Shown here one piece after another: positions 17,396 to 25,948 of a DNA stretch of 27,199 bases (position 1 is its first letter; each line of letters opens with the position of its first letter). The stretch is from a virus (lineage: Duplodnaviria; Caudoviricetes), in IMG/VR virus record IMGVR_UViG_3300023178_003433, positions 1 to 27,199 of that record. The stretch is one strand, 5' to 3'. The notes below the pieces were generated by a model. The model worked only from the letters and a program-made list of their open reading frames with translations. It was not told the origin of the DNA and did no database searches. Position numbers and translations under genes: made by a program.

Positions 17396-18267
17396 TGTAT
17401 TTTTTCTATCTTATGTTTGACTACTGCTTCTTGTTGCGGTTTTAACAACGGATTAGCAGGACACATTCTACATATTGAGTTTGGTTTGGTAATGTTATTT
17501 ACAAATTCTACAAGTTCTTCTTCCTTAAAATCTGTACCAAGACCTTTGTATTCTAAATAAGGTTTCCAATCTTCGTCACCAAGTTGGAAAGTTTTTGTTA
17601 AATGTGTTTCTAACATACTTATAGGCGGACACTTATATAATCTATTTTTATATATGATAGGATATATATTTGCCGAACAGTTAGCATAACTAGATTGAGG
17701 ATTATTATCTGTCCAAGGTTTTAAAACTCCGTCTATGTTCTGCCTATAATCATACCAACCGCCTTGCGTAGGATCAGTTGTTTCAAATTCTATATCTTTG
17801 TACTTCCACGTACTAGGTCCTGTTTGATACCAATTGAAATTTTTGAATACATATTTTTTAATATTTTTATCAATTATATTTCTTATTTTTGGATCTTGAT
17901 TATGATAGGTCAAACTAATTTTACAATTACCTAATTCAAGTAGTTTATCTATTAGTTTGGGACGTTTAGGAAACAGTAAACCATTGGTATATATTTCTAC
18001 ACATGCATGATTAAAACTTTTTCTTGCCATTTGAATGATCCTGTAAATGTATGGGTGTAATAAAGGTTCACCTCCTATCAAAGTTAAATTATCAGGATCA
18101 AGATGTTTTGACCAAAAATCCATATTACGTTCAATTTCGGATAAATTTTCAGTCCAATTATGATTATAGTCTATAAATCTGTCACAGCCAGGACAAGCGA
18201 GGTCACAGGATGTAGTTATCATCCATTCGAGATATTGTACCCAGTGACCTCTATTGCCATCACGCAA
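17392..18267 (-). CDS. Radical SAM protein with C-terminal twitch/SPASM-like cysteines
   Basis: CDLACPGC, IGGEPLLHP and YTNG. C-terminal NC...LYKCP...ICRMCP. Confidence 0.88.
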   Translation of the reverse strand: MRDGNRGHWVQYLEWMITTSCDLACPGCDRFIDYNHNWTENLSEIERNMDFWSKHLDPDNLTLIGGEPLLHPYIYRIIQMARKSFNHACVEIYTNGLLFPKRPKLIDKLLELGNCKISLTYHNQDPKIRNIIDKNIKKYVFKNFNWYQTGPSTWKYKDIEFETTDPTQGGWYDYRQNIDGVLKPWTDNNPQSSYANCSANIYPIIYKNRLYKCPPISMLETHLTKTFQLGDEDWKPYLEYKGLGTDFKEEELVEFVNNITKPNSICRMCPANPLLKPQQEAVVKHKIEKIQ

Positions 18268-19321
18268 AGTAGTCTTCCCTTGTGCCTTTGCGTTTTGTAT
18301 CTAGTGTGACACAGTGAAATCCTCCACTTAGTGTACGTGCTTGACGCATAGGCAATCCAATTGATTCTATACCATGTTGATCAAGTACTTTACGTAGCTC
18401 GTGTTGATTCTCGTCACAAATAACAAGTTTCTCATTTACACTCATAAAGTTAAGTCCGATGTATTTGCTACATGGAGAAACATTATTTGGTAAATTAGTA
18501 CCAATGTCGTGTACTTGATCACCTGGAAAGAAAATCTTATCCCAAGATTCAAAAATTGGTGGATACCAATCTGGAGTAATTCTATCACCATTAAACAGTA
18601 CTAGTCCAGGGCGTAATGGAATTACAGTTGAGTCAAAGTGTGAATAACTATAAAACTTTTCTGCTAGATGAATACGATAACCTAGTGGCTCAAGTATTGT
18701 TTTTAACCATTGTCCGCCTAGCAATGTTCCTGAATTACTTACTTGATATAACAAGTCATTACCTAAACGCACTACATTAGGTGCATCAAATACAATTTCC
18801 TTGTTAACAAGTGTGGGAATACTAAGATCTTCGAGTTGATAACTTTCATCAAGCAGTCTCGGACGTGGAGCACTAATCCATTGTGATCCGCCTTCCATTG
18901 CTTCATATAAAAAATCTCTATATGCAGTAGTTTCATATTGTCTTGCTCTCATGGCGCCAGGGCAATCTATAATTAGATTATCTAATGGCAACAATAAATC
19001 TCTTGGACAATATGTGTACCAACCTGTTGTTTTCCAATCAGGTGAGCCAAACTCTACACTGTGATCAATTGACTCAGGGCGTCTTACTTTTACACCTAAG
19101 TCAGTTAAAACTTTTGCAAAACCGTCTAAGTCTTCGTTTGCTTCATCAATAACCCACTGTGGGCTAGGACCTTCTAAGTCTTTGATATGTTCATATTTAC
19201 AATCTGCAAATCCAAAAGAGTGTGTTGATTTATCAACTGTAGGAATACGTGCATGATCTGCAATACCTACAAACACTTCTTCTAATGGATCCCAATCGTT
19301 GTGACTACTTACTACTGTCAT
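18260..19321 (-). CDS. Amidinotransferase (L-Arg:glycine / inosamine-phosphate StrB1 family)
   Basis: SHNDWDPLEEVFVG, CPRD, FDAPN, SHFDST, LSGGFHCVTLD give the Asp-His-Cys triad. AGGAG SD. Confidence 0.92.
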   Translation of the reverse strand: MTVVSSHNDWDPLEEVFVGIADHARIPTVDKSTHSFGFADCKYEHIKDLEGPSPQWVIDEANEDLDGFAKVLTDLGVKVRRPESIDHSVEFGSPDWKTTGWYTYCPRDLLLPLDNLIIDCPGAMRARQYETTAYRDFLYEAMEGGSQWISAPRPRLLDESYQLEDLSIPTLVNKEIVFDAPNVVRLGNDLLYQVSNSGTLLGGQWLKTILEPLGYRIHLAEKFYSYSHFDSTVIPLRPGLVLFNGDRITPDWYPPIFESWDKIFFPGDQVHDIGTNLPNNVSPCSKYIGLNFMSVNEKLVICDENQHELRKVLDQHGIESIGLPMRQARTLSGGFHCVTLDTKRKGTREDYFA

Positions 19322-19329
19322 TTGTTCTC

Positions 19330-20190
19330 CTATTTGTTAATTTTTTGTCCTATCAAGTCGGAAACTGTGACTCTGTTTACAGTACCACCTCGATTGTTTT
19401 CTTTATATTCTTCACCACCTAAACCAAACATTATACAATCTGTTTCAGTAAGATTTAAATCTTTACAAACTTCTTTATATACATATTCATATTTTGTCCA
19501 ATTATGGTCAACAGAATAATTTTCTATCAAACTATTTGCAATACTTAACGGTATTCTGTTTACCATTTCAACAGAATTGAATACATCAATGCCGTCGTCT
19601 TTGTCTTCGCGTTGTAGTCGCAAACCTACACGCAAAAATTCACAACCGTAAAATGCTTTTGAAATTGAAAATGTAATTGTTTCAACAGCTGAAAATTTTG
19701 CTAGATCTAAATTAATATTTTTTGTACAAGGAAAATATGCAAAGTCTAATAGCACAGGAATATCCATACCATAACAATTATACAATAGATTCTCCATTGG
19801 TAATTGTGTGCCAGCATCACTGAAAGGAACACTTACTATTACAGCATCATTATTATGCAGTCTGCTATCTTCTATATAAGCCCAATCAAAACCATGCTTT
19901 AAACAAGCACTGTGGTACATAAATTCGCCCTTATAGAATCTAAAGCGTCTATCCTTATGTTTTAAATAAAAGTGGTCAAATGCTTGTGCGGTACCTGCCA
20001 CAATTTTTTTATTAGAAAAATCTTCTAAGCCATTTAGATTATTTAATTTACTACTATTAATCCAATTGTAGAAATTTTCTATAAATTCAGATTGTATGTT
20101 TTCGTTATAGAGATCTGTTGTTGGATCAAGAGTTTGTATAAACTCTTTTATTGTGTTATCAGGTACAGGTTTAGCGCCACGTAAATTCAT
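19330..20190 (-). CDS. Compact PLP-dependent fold-type I enzyme (aminotransferase-like)
   Basis: GTAQAF, SVPFS, VLLDFAY (PLP-binding Asp), FSISKAF (Schiff-base Lys), LRVG. Only 286 aa. Confidence 0.7.
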   Translation of the reverse strand: MNLRGAKPVPDNTIKEFIQTLDPTTDLYNENIQSEFIENFYNWINSSKLNNLNGLEDFSNKKIVAGTAQAFDHFYLKHKDRRFRFYKGEFMYHSACLKHGFDWAYIEDSRLHNNDAVIVSVPFSDAGTQLPMENLLYNCYGMDIPVLLDFAYFPCTKNINLDLAKFSAVETITFSISKAFYGCEFLRVGLRLQREDKDDGIDVFNSVEMVNRIPLSIANSLIENYSVDHNWTKYEYVYKEVCKDLNLTETDCIMFGLGGEEYKENNRGGTVNRVTVSDLIGQKINK

Positions 20191-20689
20191 TATATACTCC
20201 GGTGACCTGCATAGTGTACTTTGTGGTCATGCCCATATTTCCACTTAAATGCGGTTCATCTCTACGTATTATTATAGCATCACCGCGCTTCCAATGCAAG
20301 ACACTTTTTTCATTTATTTCAAAATAATGCCCGCTTTGCCAGTCTTCTAAGAATATATTAACTCTACAACACTCATATGGATCTATATTATGCACACTTG
20401 CAAACTTAAAAAAAGTATCTTCATGATTTGGTAGTGTTTGTCCAGCTGGTTGTTTCATAATACCAACACTGTATCTGGGAAACAGTGTTTTACAAAAATC
20501 ATGCACACCTTTGTCTACTTCAAAAGCTCTGTAGTACATGCTATTTTGATGATTATACCCTGCTTCTATATATTGTAAATTTTGCTTTTCAAATTCGTCT
20601 GCACGATCTAGTATAGTGACGTTGTCCTCAACCAGCCAATTATAATTTTTGTATTCGAAATCAGATAATTTTAAGTTTATTTTGTCCAT
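20171..20689 (-). CDS. Cupin/2OG-Fe(II) hydroxylase-like protein (Asp/Asn beta-hydroxylase-like)
   Basis: QPAGQTLPNHED (HxD), RVNIFLEDWQSGH, WKRGD, EPHLSGNMG...YTMQVTG. Confidence 0.75.
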   Translation of the reverse strand: MDKINLKLSDFEYKNYNWLVEDNVTILDRADEFEKQNLQYIEAGYNHQNSMYYRAFEVDKGVHDFCKTLFPRYSVGIMKQPAGQTLPNHEDTFFKFASVHNIDPYECCRVNIFLEDWQSGHYFEINEKSVLHWKRGDAIIIRRDEPHLSGNMGMTTKYTMQVTGVYNEFTWR

Positions 20690-21429
20690 GGTTTATCGTA
20701 AGGTGTCTTTTCTTTTTCATCAAACCAATACAAACTTCTGTGTGGCGGAAATTTATCATCGTGTTGTGCATTGCTTACATAATAAAATAATCTTAGATTT
20801 TTTCTACTATATCCTGCAGGAAGTTTCATTGGTTCTGGATAACCATGATATGCAAGATTATCATAACTCCATACAACTAAATTACCAAAACTTGGAACTA
20901 CTCTACTTATTATACTATTACGATCAGTATCATAAAAATCTAAGTTGCCTCCCCATGATTCCTTCCAGTTTTCATTCAAATATATTATTACACTTAGTCT
21001 TCTATGAAGTCTTAATTGTTCATTCCAATTAAAATCAGTATGCACTTTTAGACTATCACCTGAAAATGCTTTTGCATAACCTGCACCTACTAAATGTGGA
21101 TCCGGTATTAGATCAACTGTGTCTGTGACTTCTTGCAACCATTTCAAAAAAGTAGAACTGTGCATTGTACTTACAACTTCGTCTTGAATAGGAGTGTTAT
21201 CCACGTTGTTGTATTCATACATACAACTACCTTTCCTAGTAAACTTTTTACAGTCTTTTAAAGGTATATTATCAAGTTCTTCTGCCATTTGCTTGACTAC
21301 ATCACCTGGTAAAAAATTAGGTATTTCTAATTTACTATATCCTGGATGACTTCTGTATTGTCTTTGCAATTCAAAAGTATTTGAAAAGTTATTTTTTATT
21401 CTATCTAATATTTGTTTTTTAAGTTGCAT
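20677..21429 (-). CDS. 2OG-Fe(II) oxygenase (prolyl-4-hydroxylase-like, 2OG-FeII_Oxy_3)
   Basis: LKVHTDFN (HxD), RRLSVIIYLN..W...WGG.L, AYHGYP (distal His), RKNL (2OG-binding Arg). Confidence 0.88.
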   Translation of the reverse strand: MQLKKQILDRIKNNFSNTFELQRQYRSHPGYSKLEIPNFLPGDVVKQMAEELDNIPLKDCKKFTRKGSCMYEYNNVDNTPIQDEVVSTMHSSTFLKWLQEVTDTVDLIPDPHLVGAGYAKAFSGDSLKVHTDFNWNEQLRLHRRLSVIIYLNENWKESWGGNLDFYDTDRNSIISRVVPSFGNLVVWSYDNLAYHGYPEPMKLPAGYSRKNLRLFYYVSNAQHDDKFPPHRSLYWFDEKEKTPYDKPWTK

Positions 21430-23222
21430 CAGTTCTTCAACGTCACTAATTTATCTATTTCAGGCAAGTACAAGTACTCTATATCACTGTTGTACAAAGT
21501 TCTGATTGCATCATCTAAAGATTCAACTAGAGGCTCTCCACCTAAGTTAAAACTTGTGTTAAACACAATAGGTATATTAGTTTGTTTATAGAACTCTTTG
21601 ATCAAATTATAATAGTTTTTGTTTTGTTTTTCAGTGACAGTTTGTATTCTGCAACTACCATCAACGTGGATTATACTAGGTATTTTTTCTTCTACACCTT
21701 CTTGACAATTGACTGCATACATCATATGCGGTGTCTCATCCATGCCACGCAGATCAAACCATTCATGAGCATGATCAAGTAGAATTGTACCAGCAAATGG
21801 TCTGAAGTATTCTCTACGCTTTACTCTGTTTACCCAATCCTTGCCATCTTCAAATGATGGGTCAAACAGCAAACTTCTATTGCCAAGTGCTCTGGGTCCT
21901 GCTTCTGCTTTGCCCTGGAATAATGCAACAATATTTTTTTCACGCAACAGTTTAACTATGTCTTTGTCTTGTGCATCTTGAATATGTGCATCGTATTTTT
22001 CTACTAGATTTTCTACATTATCATATTTAGGTTCGAAACCCAAATATAAACTATCTGCGTAATCGTATTTTTTTGTATTTCTTGTGACCACGTGATGATA
22101 AAATAGTGCTGCACCCATAGCTGTACCTGCATCTGAACTTATAGGTTCTACATAAAGTTTTATACCTTGCTCGTTGAGTTTGTCTAAATAGTAGTAATTT
22201 GCAACACAGTTCAGTCCGTATCCGCCACTGAGAACTACATTTTTATTTCCTGTCATTTCAACAGCTTTAAAAATTAATCTCAAAACTTCTTCTTGGCTGT
22301 CTTGTTGTATTCTGTATGCTAAATCTCTTCTGTTATCTAGCATTGTCACATCGTTGCCATCAGCAAAAAAGTCATCTGGTGTTTCTAATTCTGCATAGTT
22401 GTTTCCGTTTATAAGTGCACCGTTAGGATATTGTGGTATAACCATATTTCTATTGCTGGTACGCCATAACTTACCGCCATAGTCTGAGAAAAATTTTGGA
22501 ATATTTGGATTTTCTTTACCATATGGTGATAGACCCATAGTCTTGCCTGCTTCAATAAAACTAAATCCACAATAATCTGTCACTGCTTCATAAGATTTTA
22601 CAATACCAGCTGTATCATCTATGCACACTTCGTGTTTGCCAGGTTCGCCATACTTAGCACTGTCCATTAACATTTTGACGCCAGGTATAGGATCTCTTGC
22701 ACCTTGATGCTTGTACAAAGTCACAATGTTATCTGGATATTCACATGAAAAAATACTTTCTAATTCCCATGTCATAACTTGATTGTTATTTACAGCAATA
22801 GGAATAAATGTTCCAGCACCATCTACAATAACTGCTGTAGCACTTTCAAATCCTGATCTATAAAATGCACATGCTGCATGTAGTTTGTGATGCACTGAGC
22901 TTAAATCTATCACTTGTGGATGCTCATCATGATCATGAACATGTTGATCAATCAATCCTAGTTTACGTGCTAGGCCAGTATACATATTATCATATGTAAA
23001 GTCAATTCGTCCTGCATCATCAACTGGAGTTGTGTGTGCAATAACAAGATAGTCTAACTTGTCTGTGTAATCTAAAATTTTTGTCATAGCAGCCAATGGA
23101 CCGCCATCGTATTTTCTTCTACTTAGTCTTTCTTCTTCTATACTAAAAACTACTTCACCATCTTTGAGCAAACATACTCCACCGTTGTGACCTCTAGTTA
23201 TACCTGCTATCCACAAACTCAT
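21429..23222 (-). CDS. O-carbamoyltransferase (NodU/CmcH/TobZ family)
   Basis: EEERLSRRK, HHKLHA, VDGAG, GKTMGLSPYG, GGYGLNCVAN, GPRALGNRS, KRREYFRPFAG, NTSFN. Confidence 0.93.
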   Translation of the reverse strand: MSLWIAGITRGHNGGVCLLKDGEVVFSIEEERLSRRKYDGGPLAAMTKILDYTDKLDYLVIAHTTPVDDAGRIDFTYDNMYTGLARKLGLIDQHVHDHDEHPQVIDLSSVHHKLHAACAFYRSGFESATAVIVDGAGTFIPIAVNNNQVMTWELESIFSCEYPDNIVTLYKHQGARDPIPGVKMLMDSAKYGEPGKHEVCIDDTAGIVKSYEAVTDYCGFSFIEAGKTMGLSPYGKENPNIPKFFSDYGGKLWRTSNRNMVIPQYPNGALINGNNYAELETPDDFFADGNDVTMLDNRRDLAYRIQQDSQEEVLRLIFKAVEMTGNKNVVLSGGYGLNCVANYYYLDKLNEQGIKLYVEPISSDAGTAMGAALFYHHVVTRNTKKYDYADSLYLGFEPKYDNVENLVEKYDAHIQDAQDKDIVKLLREKNIVALFQGKAEAGPRALGNRSLLFDPSFEDGKDWVNRVKRREYFRPFAGTILLDHAHEWFDLRGMDETPHMMYAVNCQEGVEEKIPSIIHVDGSCRIQTVTEKQNKNYYNLIKEFYKQTNIPIVFNTSFNLGGEPLVESLDDAIRTLYNSDIEYLYLPEIDKLVTLKN

Positions 23223-23223
23223 A

Positions 23224-24237
23224 TTAACCTCCTTGGTGTCCGCATGCTGTTTGCTGTGGCGGTGTAAATTGTGCTACTTTACCACTAAACTTTGTTGTTT
23301 TACCTAAACGTTTTTTTACTTTTTCAAGTATTAATTTTTTTGTTTCTTCTGTTAATTCCATAACTTCGTCATTTAATCTATCTTGTAATTCTTCACCTGA
23401 TATTCTAATAGGACTGTAAGTTCTTTTTCCTTCTCCGACATCAATAATATCAAAATCTTTATCTTCAGGATAAGATATATTAATTGGAAATGTTGAACCT
23501 ATAACTGCTGTTGCAGTTGTTCCTACAGCTTTTGCCATATGCTGACCTACACTATCACATCCAACAAAATGATCAGCTATTTCTATTATTGCACTCCAAA
23601 TTCTAATATTAGGTATCTGTGGCACTGCAACTGGATGTTTAACTTGTTCACCTTCTTTGTGAAATCCCACAGGAAATTCACTCATTACAATTACTGCATA
23701 TTCTTTTTTTAATTCATTAACTAATTCTATTGTATCATTTAAAGTAAGACTACGTGATGTACCGTCAATAACAAAATCTGGTCTATTTTCTGCTGTTCTA
23801 CCAAACGGCTGTACAACTACTATTTTGTCGAAACCAGTGGCATTTTTTACTTCTTGTATAACTTGATGTGCTTCAACTATTTCGTGTTTGTTGTGATAAA
23901 TTTTTGGAAATGATACTTCTCTTAAACCTTTGTCACTGATTGCAATATCAAATGCTTGTGCTAGGCTTGCTTGTTGATTATAATATTCCCATACTCTGTA
24001 AGGCTCTGGTGCTACACAGTTTCTATTTTTAATAAATTGTTCAAAAAGATCTTTGTGCCATACATCATATGCACGTTTATGCAGAGTAGGATGTCCTTTA
24101 TAAAAATCCATTCCTCCTTCACACACAATGATAAAATCATCCTGCGGATTTTCTTTTTCATATAATTCAAATGCAGGAATAGAACATAATGTTCTACCAG
24201 CGCCACCGTTCATAAAAAATGCTGTTGATCTTTCCAA
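23224..24237 (-). CDS. Glycosyltransferase family 9-like (heptosyltransferase-like)
   Basis: GGAGRTLCSIP, VVQPFG, IIEIADHFVGCDSVGQHMAKAVG match the GT9 DS..HxA motif. TTG start with AGGAGA SD. Confidence 0.72.
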   Translation of the reverse strand: MERSTAFFMNGGAGRTLCSIPAFELYEKENPQDDFIIVCEGGMDFYKGHPTLHKRAYDVWHKDLFEQFIKNRNCVAPEPYRVWEYYNQQASLAQAFDIAISDKGLREVSFPKIYHNKHEIVEAHQVIQEVKNATGFDKIVVVQPFGRTAENRPDFVIDGTSRSLTLNDTIELVNELKKEYAVIVMSEFPVGFHKEGEQVKHPVAVPQIPNIRIWSAIIEIADHFVGCDSVGQHMAKAVGTTATAVIGSTFPINISYPEDKDFDIIDVGEGKRTYSPIRISGEELQDRLNDEVMELTEETKKLILEKVKKRLGKTTKFSGKVAQFTPPQQTACGHQGG

Positions 24238-24290
24238 ATTTATCTCCTAATATGCTTTAAGTATAACACCTAAAACATTAATATGCAAGA

Positions 24291-24298
24291 TATTTATT
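24291..24298 (-). promoter_or_regulatory. T4-late-like promoter box AATAAATA upstream of the eight-gene enzyme operon
   Basis: Lies in the 92-nt intergenic gap, 53 nt upstream of TTG 24237. Confidence 0.5.
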
Positions 24299-24329
24299 GG
24301 TTGTTTTTTTGGTTAGAAGCAGTACTGGC

Positions 24330-25070
24330 TTACATATCTTCTTCGTGAGAGTTATCTAACCAAATTTCAGACATAGCTGCTTGTTCATCTATCTCTGCAT
24401 CAGTTGGATCTGGCTCTCTTGGAAGCATTTGTCCTGCAAAAAATGGTGGAAAGTCTGCTAGTGCAGTTGGTGCTTCACGTAGCAATCTTTTGTATTCTTC
24501 CCATTCAGCAACAATTTCAGCAGGCATAGTTTGATCGACTCTGCCGTCTGTATGTGCTAGTTCTTTGTCTCTAATTATTCTAAAGTGATCCCATGTCACT
24601 TTAGATATATCAATACCTTCAACAGTACTCCACGTTCTTACTGGAAGAATAAATTCTTCTTTTTCAAAGTCCCATTTGACATTAAATTCATCGTAAATAT
24701 CTCTAGGATGAAATTCTGCAGGTACTTCAATGTCTTGATAACCAGGAGGTGCTTTATAAAGAGTTTTCCAGCCTCTATTCTGCATGAATTCTCTATCATC
24801 TTCACGGCCTACATCATTGCAAATTTCACACACCAGTGGGTAATCTCTAGCACTAATAGTCATGCGCATAATATCTTCACCAACAGGTCTTTCTAGTTCT
24901 TCAGGTGTGACTAGACACCAGCCTCTTTCTTCGCCGGTTTCTCTGTCAATCTCAATAGTTATGTATTCAGGACCCCTATAAGTGTATGTTCCTGTTTTAC
25001 CTTCAGAAAAATCATCAGTGTACCATTCATTTGGAACTGCATATGTAAATTCTATTTCTATGTTGGCCAT
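24330..25070 (-). CDS. Acidic protein with phage tail-fibre assembly chaperone-like C-terminal domain
   Basis: WDHFRIIRDKELAHTDG...EWEEYKRLLREAP resembles the W..iR..Rd.lL..tDw...w..YRq.LRDlP chaperone motif. Directly downstream of fibre-like genes. Confidence 0.65.
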   Translation of the reverse strand: MANIEIEFTYAVPNEWYTDDFSEGKTGTYTYRGPEYITIEIDRETGEERGWCLVTPEELERPVGEDIMRMTISARDYPLVCEICNDVGREDDREFMQNRGWKTLYKAPPGYQDIEVPAEFHPRDIYDEFNVKWDFEKEEFILPVRTWSTVEGIDISKVTWDHFRIIRDKELAHTDGRVDQTMPAEIVAEWEEYKRLLREAPTALADFPPFFAGQMLPREPDPTDAEIDEQAAMSEIWLDNSHEEDM

Positions 25071-25088
25071 ATTTTTTTGTCTCCTAAG

Positions 25089-25096
25089 TATTTATC
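25089..25096 (-). promoter_or_regulatory. T4-late-like promoter box GATAAATA
   Basis: Intergenic, 18 nt upstream of ATG 25070 with AGGAGA SD between. Confidence 0.65.
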
Positions 25097-25097
25097 A

Positions 25098-25940
25098 TTA
25101 ACTGAACGTAATTTTAACTATTCCAGAGCCGCCCATGCCCATTCCACCTGCACAGCAAATCTGTGCATCTGAATCATAACAAGCACTAACTCCGCTTTGT
25201 CCTCCGCCACTTGGCCAGTTCACATAACATCCGCACATACAAGTAGTATCTCCAGGTCCTGCTCCGTGTTGTCCTCCCCAGAACGGTGCCTGTCCTGTGT
25301 AAACTGTTTTGTGCATACAGTGATGATATCCTTGACCAAATCTACCACCTACTGACCCCATTATACCAAAGTCTGCTCCATATATACCACAAATACCGCA
25401 GTTTGCACACTGAGCACTGTTAGTTGTTGGTCCCCAAGCATCACCATTACACATCCAGCCTGGACATCCTCCGTGTGTACAGAAATTACTTAAATTATAT
25501 CCGTTTACATATGAACGACAGCCCATTCCGCCTGTGCAGTTGTGTCTTTTTTCACAACGATAACTTCCGCCAGCACAAACTGTGTATGTACATCCCGGTG
25601 TTGTTGACACAGTTTTAATTGCATAGTTGCCGCCTGCACCACCAATTGAGTGTGTACAACAACCACAACAAGTATTTCCAGTACCGCCACCGCCACCTGA
25701 CCATATCTCAAAAGTCACTTTTGATGTGTTTGCAGGTACAGTCCATTGGCAACACTGACCACATGCTTGACAACAACAATCGCCATTATTAGCGCATGCT
25801 CCACATGCCTGTGCTCTATTACTTTTTACCCATAATACTCCGTAATTGTTTCCTGCACCAAATTGTAAAGATGCATCACTGAAAACATTGTTAGGTATTT
25901 GATCTGCATTTAATTTTTTATAACTGTCGTATGTTGCCAT
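25098..25940 (-). CDS. Cys/Gly-rich virion fibre-like protein, paralog 1
   Basis: Glycine-rich phage domain pattern WTVP...VTFEIWSGGGGG...GGAGG.YA.KT...PG.TYTV.AGG...GGSGIVKIT. 30 Cys in 280 aa by manual count. Confidence 0.75.
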   Translation of the reverse strand: MATYDSYKKLNADQIPNNVFSDASLQFGAGNNYGVLWVKSNRAQACGACANNGDCCCQACGQCCQWTVPANTSKVTFEIWSGGGGGTGNTCCGCCTHSIGGAGGNYAIKTVSTTPGCTYTVCAGGSYRCEKRHNCTGGMGCRSYVNGYNLSNFCTHGGCPGWMCNGDAWGPTTNSAQCANCGICGIYGADFGIMGSVGGRFGQGYHHCMHKTVYTGQAPFWGGQHGAGPGDTTCMCGCYVNWPSGGGQSGVSACYDSDAQICCAGGMGMGGSGIVKITFS

Positions 25941-25948
25941 AATTATTC

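Noticed and set aside
18260-23222. Saxitoxin-like (SxtG/SxtI) or streptomycin-like cluster
   Set aside because: Only broad enzyme families are shared. No SxtA-type PKS-like enzyme or other pathway-specific genes are seen, so no product can be assigned.
6179-24237. Bacterial LPS/O-antigen island or host contamination
   Set aside because: It is continuous with phage structural genes, shares the same late-type boxes and compact overlaps, and has no transporters, flippases or housekeeping genes.
16220-24237. DNA hypermodification system
   Set aside because: No nucleotide kinase, thymidylate-synthase-like, aGPT-Pplase or replication genes were recognised here, and the late-type promoter and structural context argue against it. 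Not fully excluded.
24299-24329. T-run (ggttgtttttttggtt) as an intrinsic terminator
   Set aside because: No convincing GC-rich hairpin precedes it, and it is on the wrong strand for the flanking minus-strand genes.
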